From Styela clava (lineage: Eukaryota): 64,000 nucleotides of DNA. Location of the stretch: NCBI RefSeq assembly GCF_964204865.1, contig NC_135263.1, positions 9,610,001-9,674,000 of the forward strand. Reading direction: 5' to 3'. Below are positions 12,201-27,156 of the stretch, one piece after another. Below the pieces are notes generated by a model. It was not told the DNA's origin. It ran no database searches and saw only the letters and a list, made by a program, of their open reading frames with translations. Position 1 is the first letter of the stretch; each line of letters starts with the position of its first letter. Both the position numbers and the translations under genes were made by a program.

Positions 12201-15200
12201 CGCTCGTACGAGCGCCATTTTTTCTCTCAATAGTTCAGACGAGCGCGGGCGATAGGGCGTTGTCTCACGTGACTCGGATTTTCATTTGGACGGTTATACA
12301 CACGCTTGTCTGCTTGCTACTATGGATGGAGTTTTGTGAATCGCTACTTGAGTGTGGGTACTACATCTAACCCCCGTAAAATACCGCTATGCTTTTCTCA
12401 ACCTCTTCTATTACATGTTGCAACATTCTTTGTTATTGCGCGGTACACAGTAATGTTTCAATGACTAATGTTCAGCTGAGCGGCGGAATGTTGATGAGTC
12501 ATCTGTCCATAATCATTGTGTAAAAAAATTACTACAAAAATTACTCTACTTTCGCGTACAGTGCCGATTTGATGTAGGTTAGGGGCGCTGTTTATTTTTC
12601 GGTAAGGTGGCCCGTGAGGAAATTTTGTATTTTAACCTGAACGAGTGGTTTATTAATTTTCGAAAATAAATTCACCGTAATTCGATTTTTACCTGACCAT
12701 GTGTCGACCTAGTTTGAGGCTAGGCTTCAACTACTTTGGAATAAAATAAACATGCACTATTATGAAAAGATACATACCCAACCAAAAAATATACTACGGC
12801 GTAAAAACAACAAACGTATTCATGAAAATAGCCTGCTGAGATGTCAGAGTAATAACAGATGGTATTATTTAAACATTGTTCTCTGTATTGTCCTATCTTG
12901 TGAGGTCCATAACTTAAAATAACGTAGAAAGTAGTTCTTTGTGTTCTCAAATCGCGCGTAAATACTTTGTTTTCGATCGTTTTCTCTCGCTTTACTACAA
13001 CCGTCGCAAGAAGCACACCAGCGGGCGTGCTGTTCGGTAATCGACCTTTCAGTATTTAATACGCGTTTGGCGCGCTTGTACTTTTCCGGTAAACGTACTT
13101 TTGTGATTGTTTTTTATACTCTACTGTGTATTTTCGTGATCGCTGAGCGTGCGATGCTGTTTTGCTGATTGCAGCGTCTTTGTGTATACGCAAAAGTAAT
13201 TGATGGATATGCTTGCTTTGGAACGGACACAATAAAAATGAGAGTAAAATAAATGCTTGTTTTGCATACTGTTTTTGAATGACTAATTGCAGTGATTAGT
13301 TGCAACTTCCTAAAACTAAGTCCTCCAATTGTTACCTCTCTTCGAAAACTTTGATATATGATTCAGCTGTAAATTTTGTTGTTCAATTTAAATAGGTTTT
13401 TACTTTAACTGATATTGAATTTTATTTTTACAGTCAAAGCATGACTCAAACTGTCAGAATGGTTACAAATTCTCAACCGGGCTCCATGCCCATGAGTCAT
13501 GTTTTAAGTGGATATTCTACAATTGACAATAATCAACTTCATCAACCCACCCCAGGATTGGTTACGACATTTCTACCTGCACAAACTATTCCAAGCTGTG
13601 ACAATAACAATGCTGCTGTTGCAGTTCCAGTCACATCAGATGGCACAATGCGGCCAATGAGTCACCTTATTCTTCAGTCACCAAAAATTGAGCAAGGACA
13701 GAGAGACCAAGAAAGAAGAATAAGAAGGGAGATTGCAAACAGCAATGAAAGAAGGAGAATGCAAAGTATAAACGCTGGTTTCAAATCCCTTAAAACTATT
13801 CTTCCACACACAGAGGGAGAGAAATTAAGCAAGGTGCATACATACATAGGCTACTTGATATAAATATATATATATATATGTGTCTATGACTGATTGCCTA
13901 CATCATCTTTTTGTCTGGCTTTTTGTTCGTGGGTGTTTATTTGTATTTCAAAGATTCACTTCATAGACCGTAATTTAGAATAAAATTATGTTTCCCCAAA
14001 AAATCGAAGTAAGTCCCCATGGCGCTGCGAAACTGACAAACTTCACAGAAAGCAATCAGTAAAACTTCTTGGTATTTTTCTTTAATATCACTAGATAGAT
14101 GTTAATCACTTTGTTTTTGCTCGATAACATATAAGTTTCTAGTAATAAAAAATATTTATTTTTCAGGCTGCGATATTGCAACAAACTTCAGAATACATCA
14201 CACAACTTGAATCTGATAAGTTAAAGTTGATTCATCAAAATGAAAAACTCAGGCGTGCATTCACAGAATGTAAATGTCATGCATCGAAGTTTCGAACTAT
14301 TGGAGATATTTTTGATAAGGTGAATGTATGTGTAATTATATTAAGTAAATATAATTCTCAGGCTTCGCATATTGTGAATTTTCATTTTTTTTTCCGTTAT
14401 AGTCTGCCAAGCAAAATACATAGTGCCTTAGGTTAGTTTTTTAACTTCATCATTATTTCCATTGTAGGATGAAGGAATTGGTAGTCCGGCAGAAGAAGAC
14501 TGTGAAGATATGAGACGGGTACTCATTGAAGTGAAACAACAGCTCGATAAGGAAAGAAGAACGCGGCTGTTATATGAGGAACAGGTTTGTAATAAATGAA
14601 ACACTGAATCACATTCTGCAATGTTTTTGTAAAATATTCGGGCATTTTATTCTTTTCGACAATAACAATTTTATGAATCGAAAAAATAAATAGTTATTAC
14701 AATTAATACAAATTATTTTGTTCAACTGATATATATGTGACTGACCTTGTGAATGATTCAATTTCAGATTCGCAATCTGGAAAGCCAACTTTATCCTGAT
14801 CGAATTCAGGCAATGAAGTTATCAAGTAGTGACGAACGAAGAAGTTCATCAGAGTACAGCCCGGGATTGATACTTCCTGCCAAGCAAAATAACAACAGCA
14901 ACAAACTTCAGCCTTGTGCTCGCCCATTGCTACCATCTCAACCGCAGTTAACAAATAAAACTGAACCTAATGACATTTTAACATTACCACATGTCTCCGC
15001 CAGCCAAGTGACATCTATGTCAATATTAACCACCCCGACCAGTATTTTACAACAACATGAACACCCACCTACAATAGATATACACCCACCTACAATAGAT
15101 GTACAGTGCCATCAACCACAAATGAGTAACAGCAAATTCAGAAAAGTATCGCGGGATAGTGATACAAAAGGGCTGACCTCTCCTCCGATGTCTGAACATT

Positions 15201-17981
15201 CTGTACGTATTCTTGTAAATTGAGTCAAGCTTATTAACAAAATTTTAAGTTTTTAAAAGTGTTTTATTTCTCTAGATCACTATTTTCTCTCACTCAACGA
15301 AGTCGAATCAGCCTTTGAAAAAACGTGCTATCGAAATTCATCAAAGCTTTGTAGAGGCGAGTAATGATCCAGTATCCCTGCAACCAGAAAGGAAAGTAGC
15401 GAAAGTGAGTTTATAGCATAACTATCAGTATGTCCATGCAAAAGTTGGCAATTCTCCGTATCTCTCCGCCGACCTGTCTAAACCTATAAAATTTAAAATG
15501 TTAAAAATTCGTTTTTCAGATAACAATCGACCAGCCTCCTGATATTGGAACAAGAGATTTTTTGCCACCGACTCTTCCACCAATTTCTGTTGATAACAAT
15601 ATACAATCACCGTCTATACTAGGAACGCCGCCCACGTCACACCCAAGTACTGCTGCTGCTCTCCAGTTTCATCAACCAAACTCTGTGATGTCTACACACG
15701 CAGTGTCACTATCAAATCACTCTGACGAAATTTTATCAAGTAATGTAAAAACGACATCAAATTTGCCCCATGGTATAGTGGAAAAAGCAAAATCATACCT
15801 AGCAGGGTTAAGTGGTTTGCAAACTTCCCGATCGCCTGTAAGTACCCATTCTGATATGATAATTCCAGTCGTCTCGCACAATGTAAGTATGTCACATTCA
15901 TCAAACGAAACAGTTAAGACACATCTAGTCTCCAGTCAGATTCCCGAGATTAGGGAGGTTCATGCTCCACAGAGAGAAAACCATCATTCACACCCTACTG
16001 GATTTCCCATGTACTTTGCTGTCGGATCACAAAGTCATAGCAACAGTACAAACATTGCCTATGTACAGCAAGATGGGGTGTCTCCAAAACTAGGGTGCGT
16101 CCAACTTGCGCCTTCTTACAACCGGTCCCACTTTATTGTGGCACCAGTTAGCAACCAGGGTCCTGGTGTACTGGTTACCAATCCCATGCAAGATCAAGTG
16201 ATGTCTGTACCAACGACGGTGCTACCAGGCCTGCAGGTGGTTAACCAGCCATTCACCAATTCTCCTGTGCTCCTACCAAACATTCCTTCAAATTCGGTAT
16301 CGTTTCAACCAAGCCCTTCACAACCATCCTTACCATTGCCTATGCTTCCTGTACTTTCTCAGTCAATTACGATTCAGCCAACACCTTCGGTTCTGCATTC
16401 TACGAATCTGCCCAAGTTTCAAAACACTTTGAAAAAGATACCGAACTCATCCAGGGAACAACAAACTACAACACAAACCTTACTTTGCTATGGACAACCT
16501 GAAATAACACTCAATCAATTGAACGCAGTTCCTAACTTGCTCGCTCCTCCACGTGGATTGCATCAACCGATTCTGCTGCCTGTAAGTTCGTCACTTGTGC
16601 AACAAATTGGTTCGAATTCGCCATCGTATGGAAGTCCAGCGATGCCAGAAGCTGTTCTACCTACAAGGCCAGCTACATTTTTGAATTCTTCGGTCATGAG
16701 ATGCAGAAAGTCATCCCTGAGTGCAACAGACAGCTGCAGCACAGCTAGTGCCAGTGGCGCAGAGGAAGAGGAAATTCGAAACCCACTGCTTGAGGATCCA
16801 GATAGTCAGTCAGGAGAAAATGTACCAACGATAAAGGTGAATAAACTTACTTTTTCAGTATTACGCTCAGTAGAATACTTAAGAAATAGCCTTAAATGAA
16901 TTTATTAACTTTACAGTTGTCGAATTCAAAGCCCGCTAAAGAAGAAAGTCCCTCGAAATCTCAAACAACGGAAGGGGTTGCTGCATATGACGAGGTCCCA
17001 CACAATTCATCTGGTACACCAGAAAAAATCTCTGCTCCGCAAGGTATCGATGTTTCCGACTCGAATTCTCCTGCAAAACAATCAACTGTATCAGTTCCGT
17101 CTGTTGTGGCTGGTTCTCCACCTGTAATACGGCGAATTGATGCTATTCAGACAAGACGAAATTTAGAAACAATTGTTCAGGTAAATACTGCAGGCATAGG
17201 ACTAATGTTTTCACGGCAGCTGATTTTTGGTACTCCCGTAGTGTGTGTACCAGGTTAGGCCATAATTTTGTTCTGATTTTTCCTATTTTATTTCTATTAC
17301 GAGTTCGGGGACTGTCTGTGTTAGCCAAATGAATATACCCCCACCCATAGGATTTGTCACTTTACACAACTTAATGTAAAATATGCAAACAAAATTAGTT
17401 ACCGCCATATTGGTACACACACTTCTGGAGCGCCAATTTTTTAACATGGGGTAGCAAATTCCACATAACATAACTGAAGTTTTTGAAAGAAAACTTGTAC
17501 TTTTTCCTTGTCCGTTAGTACACTGAACGGGTAGAGCTCACAGCCAACCGAGTTTGACAACTTTAATTTATCCCCTTTAGATGTGGTTTAGCTGCTTAAA
17601 CAAATGTGTAAGAAATTGGTTAGGCCATTCTCAATCTGGAGTATAATGGTCATTATAAAGTATAAAGAGTATGTATCATGTGGAACTTCTTTTTAAGAGC
17701 ATAAATACATATGGAAATTTTGTCAAACATCAGTCTCTTGGAAGATGGGATAGTAATATAATAGCATGAACGATGATGAATGCTATTGCCCACTTGTAGT
17801 CAATGATTAAAACTCGTAATCAATTTGGTGTTTTCTATAGATAGCTCTTTGAATTAACAAATACCTTTCACATATTGTTTAGGCGATTGATCATCTCGAG
17901 CAGCAAGAACGCAGAAACTCGCAAGATAGATGTGAAGTACCTAACGAAGCATCATCAACATCGACACAGAAAAAATCTTAG
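9264..17981 (+). CDS. TFAP4: Transcription factor AP-4 (bHLH-LZ), 9 exons, ~979 aa
   Basis: Exons 9264-9289 (least certain, but phase-compatible), 13434-13833, 14167-14319, 14468-14584, 14768-15202, 15276-15404, 15520-16836, 16917-17180, 17883-17981 (2940 nt). bHLH DQERRIRREIANSNERRRMQSINAGF...LSKAAILQQT, DEGIGSP motif, second zipper QQLDKERR...YP, C-terminal NLETIVQAIDHLE motif. Confidence 0.93.
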
Positions 17982-19754
17982 CAGAAAGTGTCTGCAAAGA
18001 TATATATTTATATGTTCCATTGCTTTGTTCCGAGACGTCGCAGAAAGGGAGAAATTCAAGTTTTCTTAACGTTGCCATGCGCTTGTAATGGGATGGACCG
18101 ATTGGTAACATGTCGGCTTTACGCCAAAGGTGCTGCTTCTATATTGTTGAAATATTTGAGACATCGAGTAATACATTTCTTTCGAGCCCACAATGTGAGA
18201 CGGCTTCGTTCACCGTGGAGTCTTCTGTGAAGAAAACTGTAATAAAAATGCTGCTCGCGATGGAGACTACTTTTTGACATTTGTATTATTTTTTTACAAC
18301 CTTGTGCCGCTGTATTTCGCAGTCAAAGTTTGACATTTTTCATCTAATAAAGTTCATCTTCGATTTCTTTTTTGGTGATTTCCTTTTTCCTTTATTTCTT
18401 TTTTTCGATTCTGCCGTTGCACCACTGGCGCTCTCTAAATAGACGTTGAAAGTTTAAAAAACTTCGAAAGTTCATTTTTTTGTGATCGTAGTGTTCGTAC
18501 AATACATGTATATTTATCTTCATAAATAAAGTCAGAAATCAAATTATGTGTATGTTATCAAATTACCGTATATTTTTTAGGCGTAAAACAGGTCTGATGG
18601 GCGCGATAGTCCAGTACAGGGGGTATTCAACAGGCGAACCGCGATCTGAAGACGGGACTTTTCGAGTGATCGATTCTGTCTGAATCTGTTATTTAAATTT
18701 TCATTCTTCAGCTTCATTAAGTTTTAAGTGGCTTATTGGGATTCGTTTTTCTTTTTTGATAATTTGCTAGAAAATGCCATAATACTAGAAAAACGAATAG
18801 CAACGCCCTGGTTGGAGAGTTATCCCTTGCCGGGGCAGCGCCTAACGCCCAAAAATGTCAAATTTATGCGGTTACACAATTTTCCATGAAGCATTTTTGA
18901 GTTAACTTTTTAAATTCAGAGTTGTACATTTAGGCTTACGATGAAATATATTTTGGAAGGACCGTATTGACCCCAATGATTTTAACGTTTTATAAATGGA
19001 TCTTCGCTAAAATACTTCCGAAGCCCTGGCGTAGTGGATAAAATATTGGCATGGCAGGGTTTGTATCTTATGCCCACCGATCATCTCACCCAGGGTGTAA
19101 ACAATTGCATAGGCAATGCCGAAGTAGAAAAATTCTAGTTCAAAATAAAGTAGCCTAGCTCCTTACATAGCTGTGGTTGCTTATACAGAGCCTCATTTGG
19201 AGTGAAAAGCGTATGGAAATTATCATATTTTGTGGAAAGGCAGTGCGTATGATTTATCAATTATTGGAATAGTTACAAGGCCGATATCCGATATGAAATT
19301 CGAACTGCGGCGGAACCGAAAAGCGATAAAATCTAGTATTATATCAATTTCGGCGGCTAAAACTTCATATTTGAAAGATATCTATCCAAAAATTACAAAA
19401 GGTTACTCATGTGACGTATATAATTGCGATCGTAAGTTTTTTGTTTCGTGATGTTTCAAAGTTTTATGTCAAATTTTTACTATTAAAATCGAATCACGTC
19501 GACACATTTTTACGATTAATTCAACACAAAAGTGACGACATGGATGGTTACTTGACCAGTCACGATTCTTACATATTATGAAACATTTTATCATAGATCA
19601 GGTTTGTTCAATATTGACAATGTGATTCAACGCTGAGGTTACTTGCATTTAACAGAAAAAATTAGTTACTTTTCCCATATGTTTTCACTGTGTTTAAATA
19701 TAAGTCTACGCGTAGAAAAACAGATGTCTTCTTGTACAAATCAGCGATACTAGA

Positions 19755-22700
19755 ATGGCTTGGTTTACGCCGATTTTACTATTGGTAGTTTCTACTGCTT
19801 CTTGTGTTTTCTCGCAAGAAACAACACAGTGTGTTTGTTTAGATTATGAACAAAAGCAACAACAGACGCAAGAAATTATTGCAAAACTGGAAAAGAAGTT
19901 TGAAGGTTTGTTCGTTTGATACAATTTCGAGTCCTTGTTACATATTGTTACATATTAAAACCCAAAACTTACATAAGAGCAATTTTCATATACGGTTATT
20001 AGTATCTGAGAATACGAGTATCTTTGTAAAAAGTCAGATGATAGAATAAATGAGATAATATAAAAAATATTTACTTTTGATAAAGTACGGTAATTTATCG
20101 TCTATCTTTTTCCCACACATAATTAATATACACCCAAATGAAACACAAACAATTGCCACATGGGGATTGATTTTATTTATCTAATTCACATTTAGAGAAT
20201 GACAAATTTGTTCTCAGAAGTTGATTCTATTGTAAACATTGTATTATATATAGCATTTTGGTAAGAAGTGATAAAAAATAACCCTATTTTTTCAGATAAA
20301 ATCGCTTCCCTTGAAAGGACAACTGGAGAATTATTAAGTGAGTGATTTTCATATATATTTCCAAAATTAAATCGAACCGAAATAACATATATTTTTAAAT
20401 TACCCAGAAAAGTCAAAACGACAAGCGAAAAGAATTGAGGAACTGGAAAAGAAAGAACTGTTTTTGGGAAACAATACAGATGGAGGTAATAACCTGAAAT
20501 TTAGTGAACTTAATTTAGTGAATAAGTAATGCTTATCTCCACATAGTTCTGTTTTTATTTATCGCTAGCACATAAGTGTGTATAATTTTCGAATACACTA
20601 TATATTTAGGAGTCATTTGACAGTTTCTAGGTTCTTAAATATGTATATGTTCGCTGATAGTATATTTGTACACATGGTTTTTAGTCTATGAAGTGTAACT
20701 GTGGCTCGTTTTGATATTTGTTGTTCTTTCTCTTGGGACATAATCGTTTCCCACTTTGACTACTGAACCAATAGCTTTCAATTGTTGAATATACATGTTT
20801 CTTTGGGAGCTAATTCTTTCAATTTTCTTCTGAACCCCTTCCTTCTCCCCTTGTTTCAAATCAAATTTAGGGGTATTGCCTTTGTCAAAACATTTTTGGC
20901 ATTGTGATGTTGTCTAGCTTGCAAAATTCTAATAAAAGTAATTGTCCGATTTTGGGTAAAAGATATATTGACGAGACACTATTACAGTCGAGTTAACAGT
21001 CACGATTTTCGATATCGTAATTTGATATGCTACATTATATATATCTGATATGATTCGTTTCCAACGAAACTCCTGAAAGGGTGGGCTGTAATGACACTAA
21101 ATCATAGAAAAAAAATATATATATACTGAAAAACCAGTAATTTCATTGCGAAAAACTTATGAATATATTGTAAAATTATTACCAATGATTAAGTCCCAAT
21201 TCAAATACCCGAATACGAAGTAATCAAATTGCCAATACGTAACAGTATGTTTTACCACTAAAATTGAAGGAATGCCCTGAATGGATGAACAATATTGTCA
21301 AAATAAGATGAAACTCAAATAACTGGATGTACTGAATACAAATGTGTAGAAATCTTACTCATGTATTGCGATACCTCTCCTTCATATTTTGTCAATGTTT
21401 TTGTGCGATTCCGTGCAAATAGTCAAATCATTGTTGGTATCAAATTCAAAATAGCAAATTATACATTGAAACCTTTTGGCCCCGTTATGTTTCAAATATC
21501 CATTTAGAATTTCATATTCAGTTACGAATATGGCAATCTTCAATGTCAAAATTTACTGTAAACAATTATACAAAATTAAAATTATACCTTTCAAACGTAT
21601 TCTACTATTCCCAGAAGAGAAAAAGCCAATGACAAACGGGACTAGGGAGTGGTCTGAATGGACAGATTGGACTCCTTGTTCTGTTACATGTGGCGTCGGA
21701 AACAAGAAAAAAGTTCGACAATGTATTGGACCCAAAAACGGAACGAACAACTGTATAGGTCACATGAAAGTGCAACTACCCTGTAAAATACAATGTCCAG
21801 CCAAAAAGCGCGAAGAAAGAGGTAAATATTAAATTTCTAATTGCGAAACAACAAACAATGAAATACTGAGTGCCAATGGTTCCATTATTTGGTGCTGTCA
21901 ATTTGCGTCGGTATAAGTTTGTAATAGGATGCCAAAAAAATGTCAATGTTTCTCTTATTGTATATACTGCTTCTGGTGTAAAATCTGAAGTTTCAAAACG
22001 TAATTAGTGGGCTAATGCAAGTTTTTCAAAACCTAATTTACTTCCGCGACAAAATGATATTACAAAACAATTCGAATGTTTTGTACCGAATTTTTTTCTT
22101 TTCTCTAAATGGTTTACACTACAGCTATGAAAATATTTGAGTTAACATTCTGCGTTTTTATTCTTTTCAACAGACAGCGACTGGGATGAGTGGTCTGAAT
22201 GGTCGGCATGTGAAAACACTCGTAGTCCAAGGGCTTTCGATGAAAATAGAAAAAGCAAAGAATTCGGAATACAGATTAGAATGCGTAAATGCAACATAGA
22301 AAAATGCCCAGGAAAATCGAAAGAAAAACGAGAATGTGAAATCGAATGTTTTGCAGATTCAGGTTACTTGTGCATACTCAAATATTAACCATAAGCAATC
22401 CTGTGTAACTTGGCACTGTTATTAGATGAAGACATCCAACCCTCTCTTACTTATTACAACTGCGGCATTTGTAACTTTTAATTTGTTAATAGTATAATTC
22501 TGTTGCGGCTACGTCACCATCAAATGTCGCGTTGAGACCAGTGCGTCTTTTTCAAGTTAAGTCATACTTCTTTAATCATACGATAAGTAGACACTATATA
22601 TTAAAAATATCAAAAGATAATGTAGCAGTTACATTTATTTCTCTTTGACTTTGTGTCAAACTTACAGATGAATATAGCAAACAAAATGGATATGGGGAAT

Positions 22701-23509
22701 GGTCTCAGTGGACTGAGTGTAAACCGCTTTTACCATGCAACACCGATACACAACGAAGCCATAAAAGGTGGGCAGTTGGAAGACAAACCAGAAGTCGTAA
22801 ATGTGAAGGTGTTGGTCATTGCAACAAGGAGTTATCGAAAACTAAAAGATGTCGAATAGAATGTTCATCAAAAGGTTTGTATTTTCTTTTAACGTATTTC
22901 CTTCTATTTCTCGTAATGCCTCTAAACATTTATTCGCATTTTAGTATACTGAAGACCTCTTGCCGGATTACTAGATTGAATGAAATTTTTTTTTATTCAA
23001 AACACTTACAGTTGTGCAATATATTATATCAAACAAATCCAGTCAATTTCATTTTACAACACGTATTCAGGCTTAAATTAATGTGTCATTATGTTCAGAA
23101 TGGTAATAAGAGGAAATTTCGTACCGTGCATGTGGATTCCTGCAGAAGAAAACTCTTGAATATTGTTTACCAACAATGTTGCCATTATTACAATTAATAA
23201 TACTGAATGCTTATGAGTCATTTATAATAAACTGATTTGCTTTAACATAACTGTGGCGTTCAACGGGCATATATACTCCAAGAATGATTCCTAAATTTAG
23301 AGAAAACTGCACAGCAATTACTTCAACCGTCTCTAAACTTCTGATTGAAGTACCCCGTCGGTGACCTCGCCTCAACCCCTAACTTAAATAAACGTAATAT
23401 CCGAAGATATGACATGACAGTGACCTTTTTCTCACTATTCAAAATTTAAACATTTTGAGAAAAAATAAAATCATAAAATTTAGCGGTACTTTCAGAAGAT
23501 CTTTCATAA
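19755..23509 (+). CDS. Secreted coiled-coil + three thrombospondin type-1 repeat protein
   Basis: Exons 19755-19905 (signal peptide MAWFTPILLLVVSTASCVFS), 20296-20337, 20408-20485 (coiled coil), 21615-21821 (WSEWTDWTPCSVTCG), 22174-22362 (WDEWSEWSAC), 22668-22874 (GEWSQWTEC). All introns are phase 1. The last exon is uncertain: 23496-23509 (EDLS*) or an alternative starting near 23300. Confidence 0.8.
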
Positions 23510-26342
23510 AAAATCTCATAGTTTTCTTCGGCCAACATGCCTAATATATGAATAACAATGAGCAGGCTACATCGAAAGTAAAATCGAAAATTGACAAATA
23601 ATGGCTGTTGACTCAGTAACCAAGTAATTTGTTTTTACTCCACTAATATGGTCCTCGCTTATACTGTACATTTTACGCATCATGTTGAAACTATTGGCAA
23701 AGAAGCAAACGCAATTTCCCGAATGCACGACGATAACACTTTAATAAATTCATGTGCTGTAGAATCTTGAACAGATGTTCAGTTGGTCATGCTGTAGTGA
23801 ATTGTGAATAGCATTAATTCCGGAAAGGACATTTTGTCACATTTGTAGTACATTGGATTTTTTTTCTATCAGGGTCATTTTACCTGATAATGTAGAAACT
23901 CACAGATTCGCGCGGCACAACGATATACTGTGATTCAATTCTGTAAAGTATTATGTCATTATTGCCTACTATGGACTGTGTTTCTTAATTTCTAATGTGA
24001 GAGTAAATTGGACTATATCTCCATTATACCGAAGAAACTTATATATAATAAAAAGAATATTACGTCGGTCGCCTTGTCTCCTATTGGCGTGTTCGCCTGT
24101 CGGTCGGACATTTCACAGAGCATCGTTTGAACAAACAAGAAACGTCTTTACATGGATCCATCTTGCATTTTCCTGTTTTAATTATTGCTCCTCGAGCATA
24201 TCTGGTAGATCCTCACCTCGTGTTCCTTTCGCAATGAGATCGAATTTAGCACTCAGACCATTCTCCAGTATTTAGTGTAAAATTATCTGTTCCTAGAGTG
24301 TTTTTAAAATGTATAATTAAGGGGTGAGTTTTATAAGACTTGAAAGTAATAAAAAGATTGGGTATCAATCAAATTGAATTTATATTTCGAATTTTATGAG
24401 TAAAATATATTACCTCAGGCATTGCCTAAACATCCAATAAGTACGTACGCCTACTAATAGGCCAAATTATTGCTTGAATAAATCGCAATTTTTAATTGAT
24501 ATCATGCGTCAAATAGTGTCTATCGAATTAAGTAATTGACAGAAATAAATTAATGTTCTCTGATATCGCCATTTTGGGTTGGACTCCTTGCCATACCAAT
24601 AACGGAGCAACAGAGAACATTGTTTCATTATTAAAAAAATGTAATTCCCATTCAGTATTATACAATTCATACATACCCTGAGCATCGACATCCCCGGAAC
24701 AAGCAGTGTTCTTGCATTGACGCAGTTCCAGACTTTGTCCAGTGCAATCAGTTACGTTTTCAATCAAATTACAGGTGAATATCTTTTCACATTACATGTG
24801 AATATCTTTTCACAGTTGTCATTATTTCAAGTTTATCCACACAATGTGTATCACCGATTTTGAAAATATCGATTGATTTCGATATTTTGGCATGGTCAAC
24901 TTATTGATAAAAGTTTATTTTTTGACTTAAGTCGATGAAATAATATGGAATTAAAACTTATGTATACCTTGCGCTTCTTGATTAACGACGTCAATTTTAT
25001 TTCATATTTCGTTGATTCTCTTCGACTGAATATTTTTGCCCTCGCTATATTCAAAAAATTGAAAAAATCATAAAGTGGATGCAAGAAGCGGGCATGGCAA
25101 TTTGCGAGTAAGTATGTTTCGCGCAGGACAATCCGTCTGCATTTTGGATTATTGACTTGCTCAGATATAATCGCAAACAGGTGAAATAGAATACGGAATG
25201 TTTTTGTCTTAAAAATATAAACGCCAACTTATTTTAATAAAAAAGCGATGTAAATATAGGTAATTAAAATAGACATACTACTTGTGTTCAGCAACATTTC
25301 CAATTGCTTTTCCAAATCTCAAATCCGTTTAGAGTGACGTTTCAACTTTGCTACAGAGTGGGAATATAAAAGAATTTACCCACAACACTAAAACGAACAA
25401 GGTGATCAAACCGTCAAAACAAGCAAAAGATCGTTTTTTTGTAACAAAAAAAAAAGAGAAAGCAAAAAAGCATATAATTCTGCAAAAGAATTTTATAAAA
25501 AAGAATTTAAATTTTCAAATATTGTACTATATATACTTGAAAAATTCTTGAAGATATTCAATAATCCTCACCTAAGGTGACATTGTTTGCTCTTTCTACA
25601 CCTTAAAAACTTTCTGTAATATGATAATTTAATTTTCATATGTAAAATAAACATATCCCATTCACTGACATAATTAGCATATATATAATTAAAGCTAGTT
25701 TGTAAAGCATCCCACTAAGAACAAGTGTCTTAAAAACCTGAATATAGCAACAGGGATAAACAAACAATAATGTTTTAAGTGTATCGGTTATGAACTTATG
25801 TTACAAATGCGATTAATCTCTTTCATCACCTACCTTCAAACCGTTTTTCAACATTGCCAGTATCTTATTGAACTCTTTTGTCATATAAACTGTGCAACTT
25901 GCATCCGGGTGCCAATCAGCGCCGGATTAACCATTAAACAATATAAGCACGGGCTTAGGGCACCAAGCAAAGAGGGGCACCACAGAAATTTTAGAGCAGA
26001 ATTCGATATAGTTTATTGATGTTTATAAAAATATTACGAGTTTACCAAGCGACTCGAACTTCAAAATGTTCGCTTATTTTTCGTCTTCAAGTATCCTTAC
26101 AACCTTCTTTATTGAAAATATACACTGAAACTTATTTATTTGACACGAAATAGGCCTATAAGTCGTTTTCTTAAATTGTTGTTGTTTTTTAGTTCTAGTA
26201 TTCTCCTTGTTGCTGCATTTTTGTTTTAAAACATTCCTTCTCTCTTCAACAATTTGACCAATGAACTATTTGCACTATGTGGCGGTTCCACAGTCGCATT
26301 TCAACGATATAGTGGTCGGCGAAGTTTTTTGATAAGGTAGAC

Positions 26343-27103
26343 AAGGGTGGTCCAAACCCTGTTATGCTGATACATTCCGTGTGGACCACGGACCAATTTT
26401 AGCGTATATTTGTATCTAATAGCAGAACGTTTCTGAGTTTGTTTTAGCTATTCCAACCGGGGTTGGGATCCTGAGATTTAAACCCCTTTTTCTAACGCTT
26501 TATGCCTTTATTTTAGCGTGGTCCGCGTGACAGTAGTGACGGAACGCAGAGCCGACTTAACGCCGCGCAATCCAATATTTCTTAGCTAGGTCCCCAAATA
26601 TCAACTTAGACGGATTTGGTTGTCATTTGACGATGTCACTAAGCTTGCTCACGCTGCAAGTTTTTAAATTACTCAAATATAACAATTCGTAATAAAATGA
26701 GTGTCACAAGAAATGTGACATAAGGAAAACACGGCGGAAACGTATTTCCTTGTCCATCACACAGTGTCTGGTTTGATTTCAAGTAATATCTGTCACGAAA
26801 GAATATAATTTGAAGCGATATTAAACGCGACATGCGGAAAATATAATGGTATAGTTGTATTTATAGCGGGAATTAATTTTGAAATAACTGAAGGCTTTAT
26901 ATATCTTCTTTAAAAGAACGCCACCCATGCAACATAACAATAGTCTGATTAGAACGGTAAAATCTCGTTGTTTATTAAATTTAAAAAAAGTAAACTCGCA
27001 ACGCAATATTTCGATCACTTTTGGGTTTTCTCCGACTTGCGACCCGCGAGACCTCCTCAAAAGTTTTTGCGGTCCTTCAACCTAGCAACCTTGAACCACC
27101 CTG
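26343..27103. mobile_element. hAT (Charlie-like) MITE nested in the outer element
   Basis: TIRs aAGGGTGGTCCAA / TTGAACCACCCTG; perfect 8-bp TSD AGGTAGAC at 26335-26342 and 27104-27111. Confidence 0.8.
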
Positions 27104-27156
27104 AGGTAGACTACTAGGTACCGGTAAAATTCCAATCTACAGTTGTGACTTGTATC

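Noticed and set aside
9290-13433. Short ORFs in TFAP4 intron 1
   Set aside because: No domains or compatible splice pattern; the CpG-rich patches look regulatory rather than coding.
25319-25321. In-frame TGA as possible selenocysteine or read-through
   Set aside because: The same gene has TAA stops, a frameshift and a transposon insertion, so it is a pseudogene.
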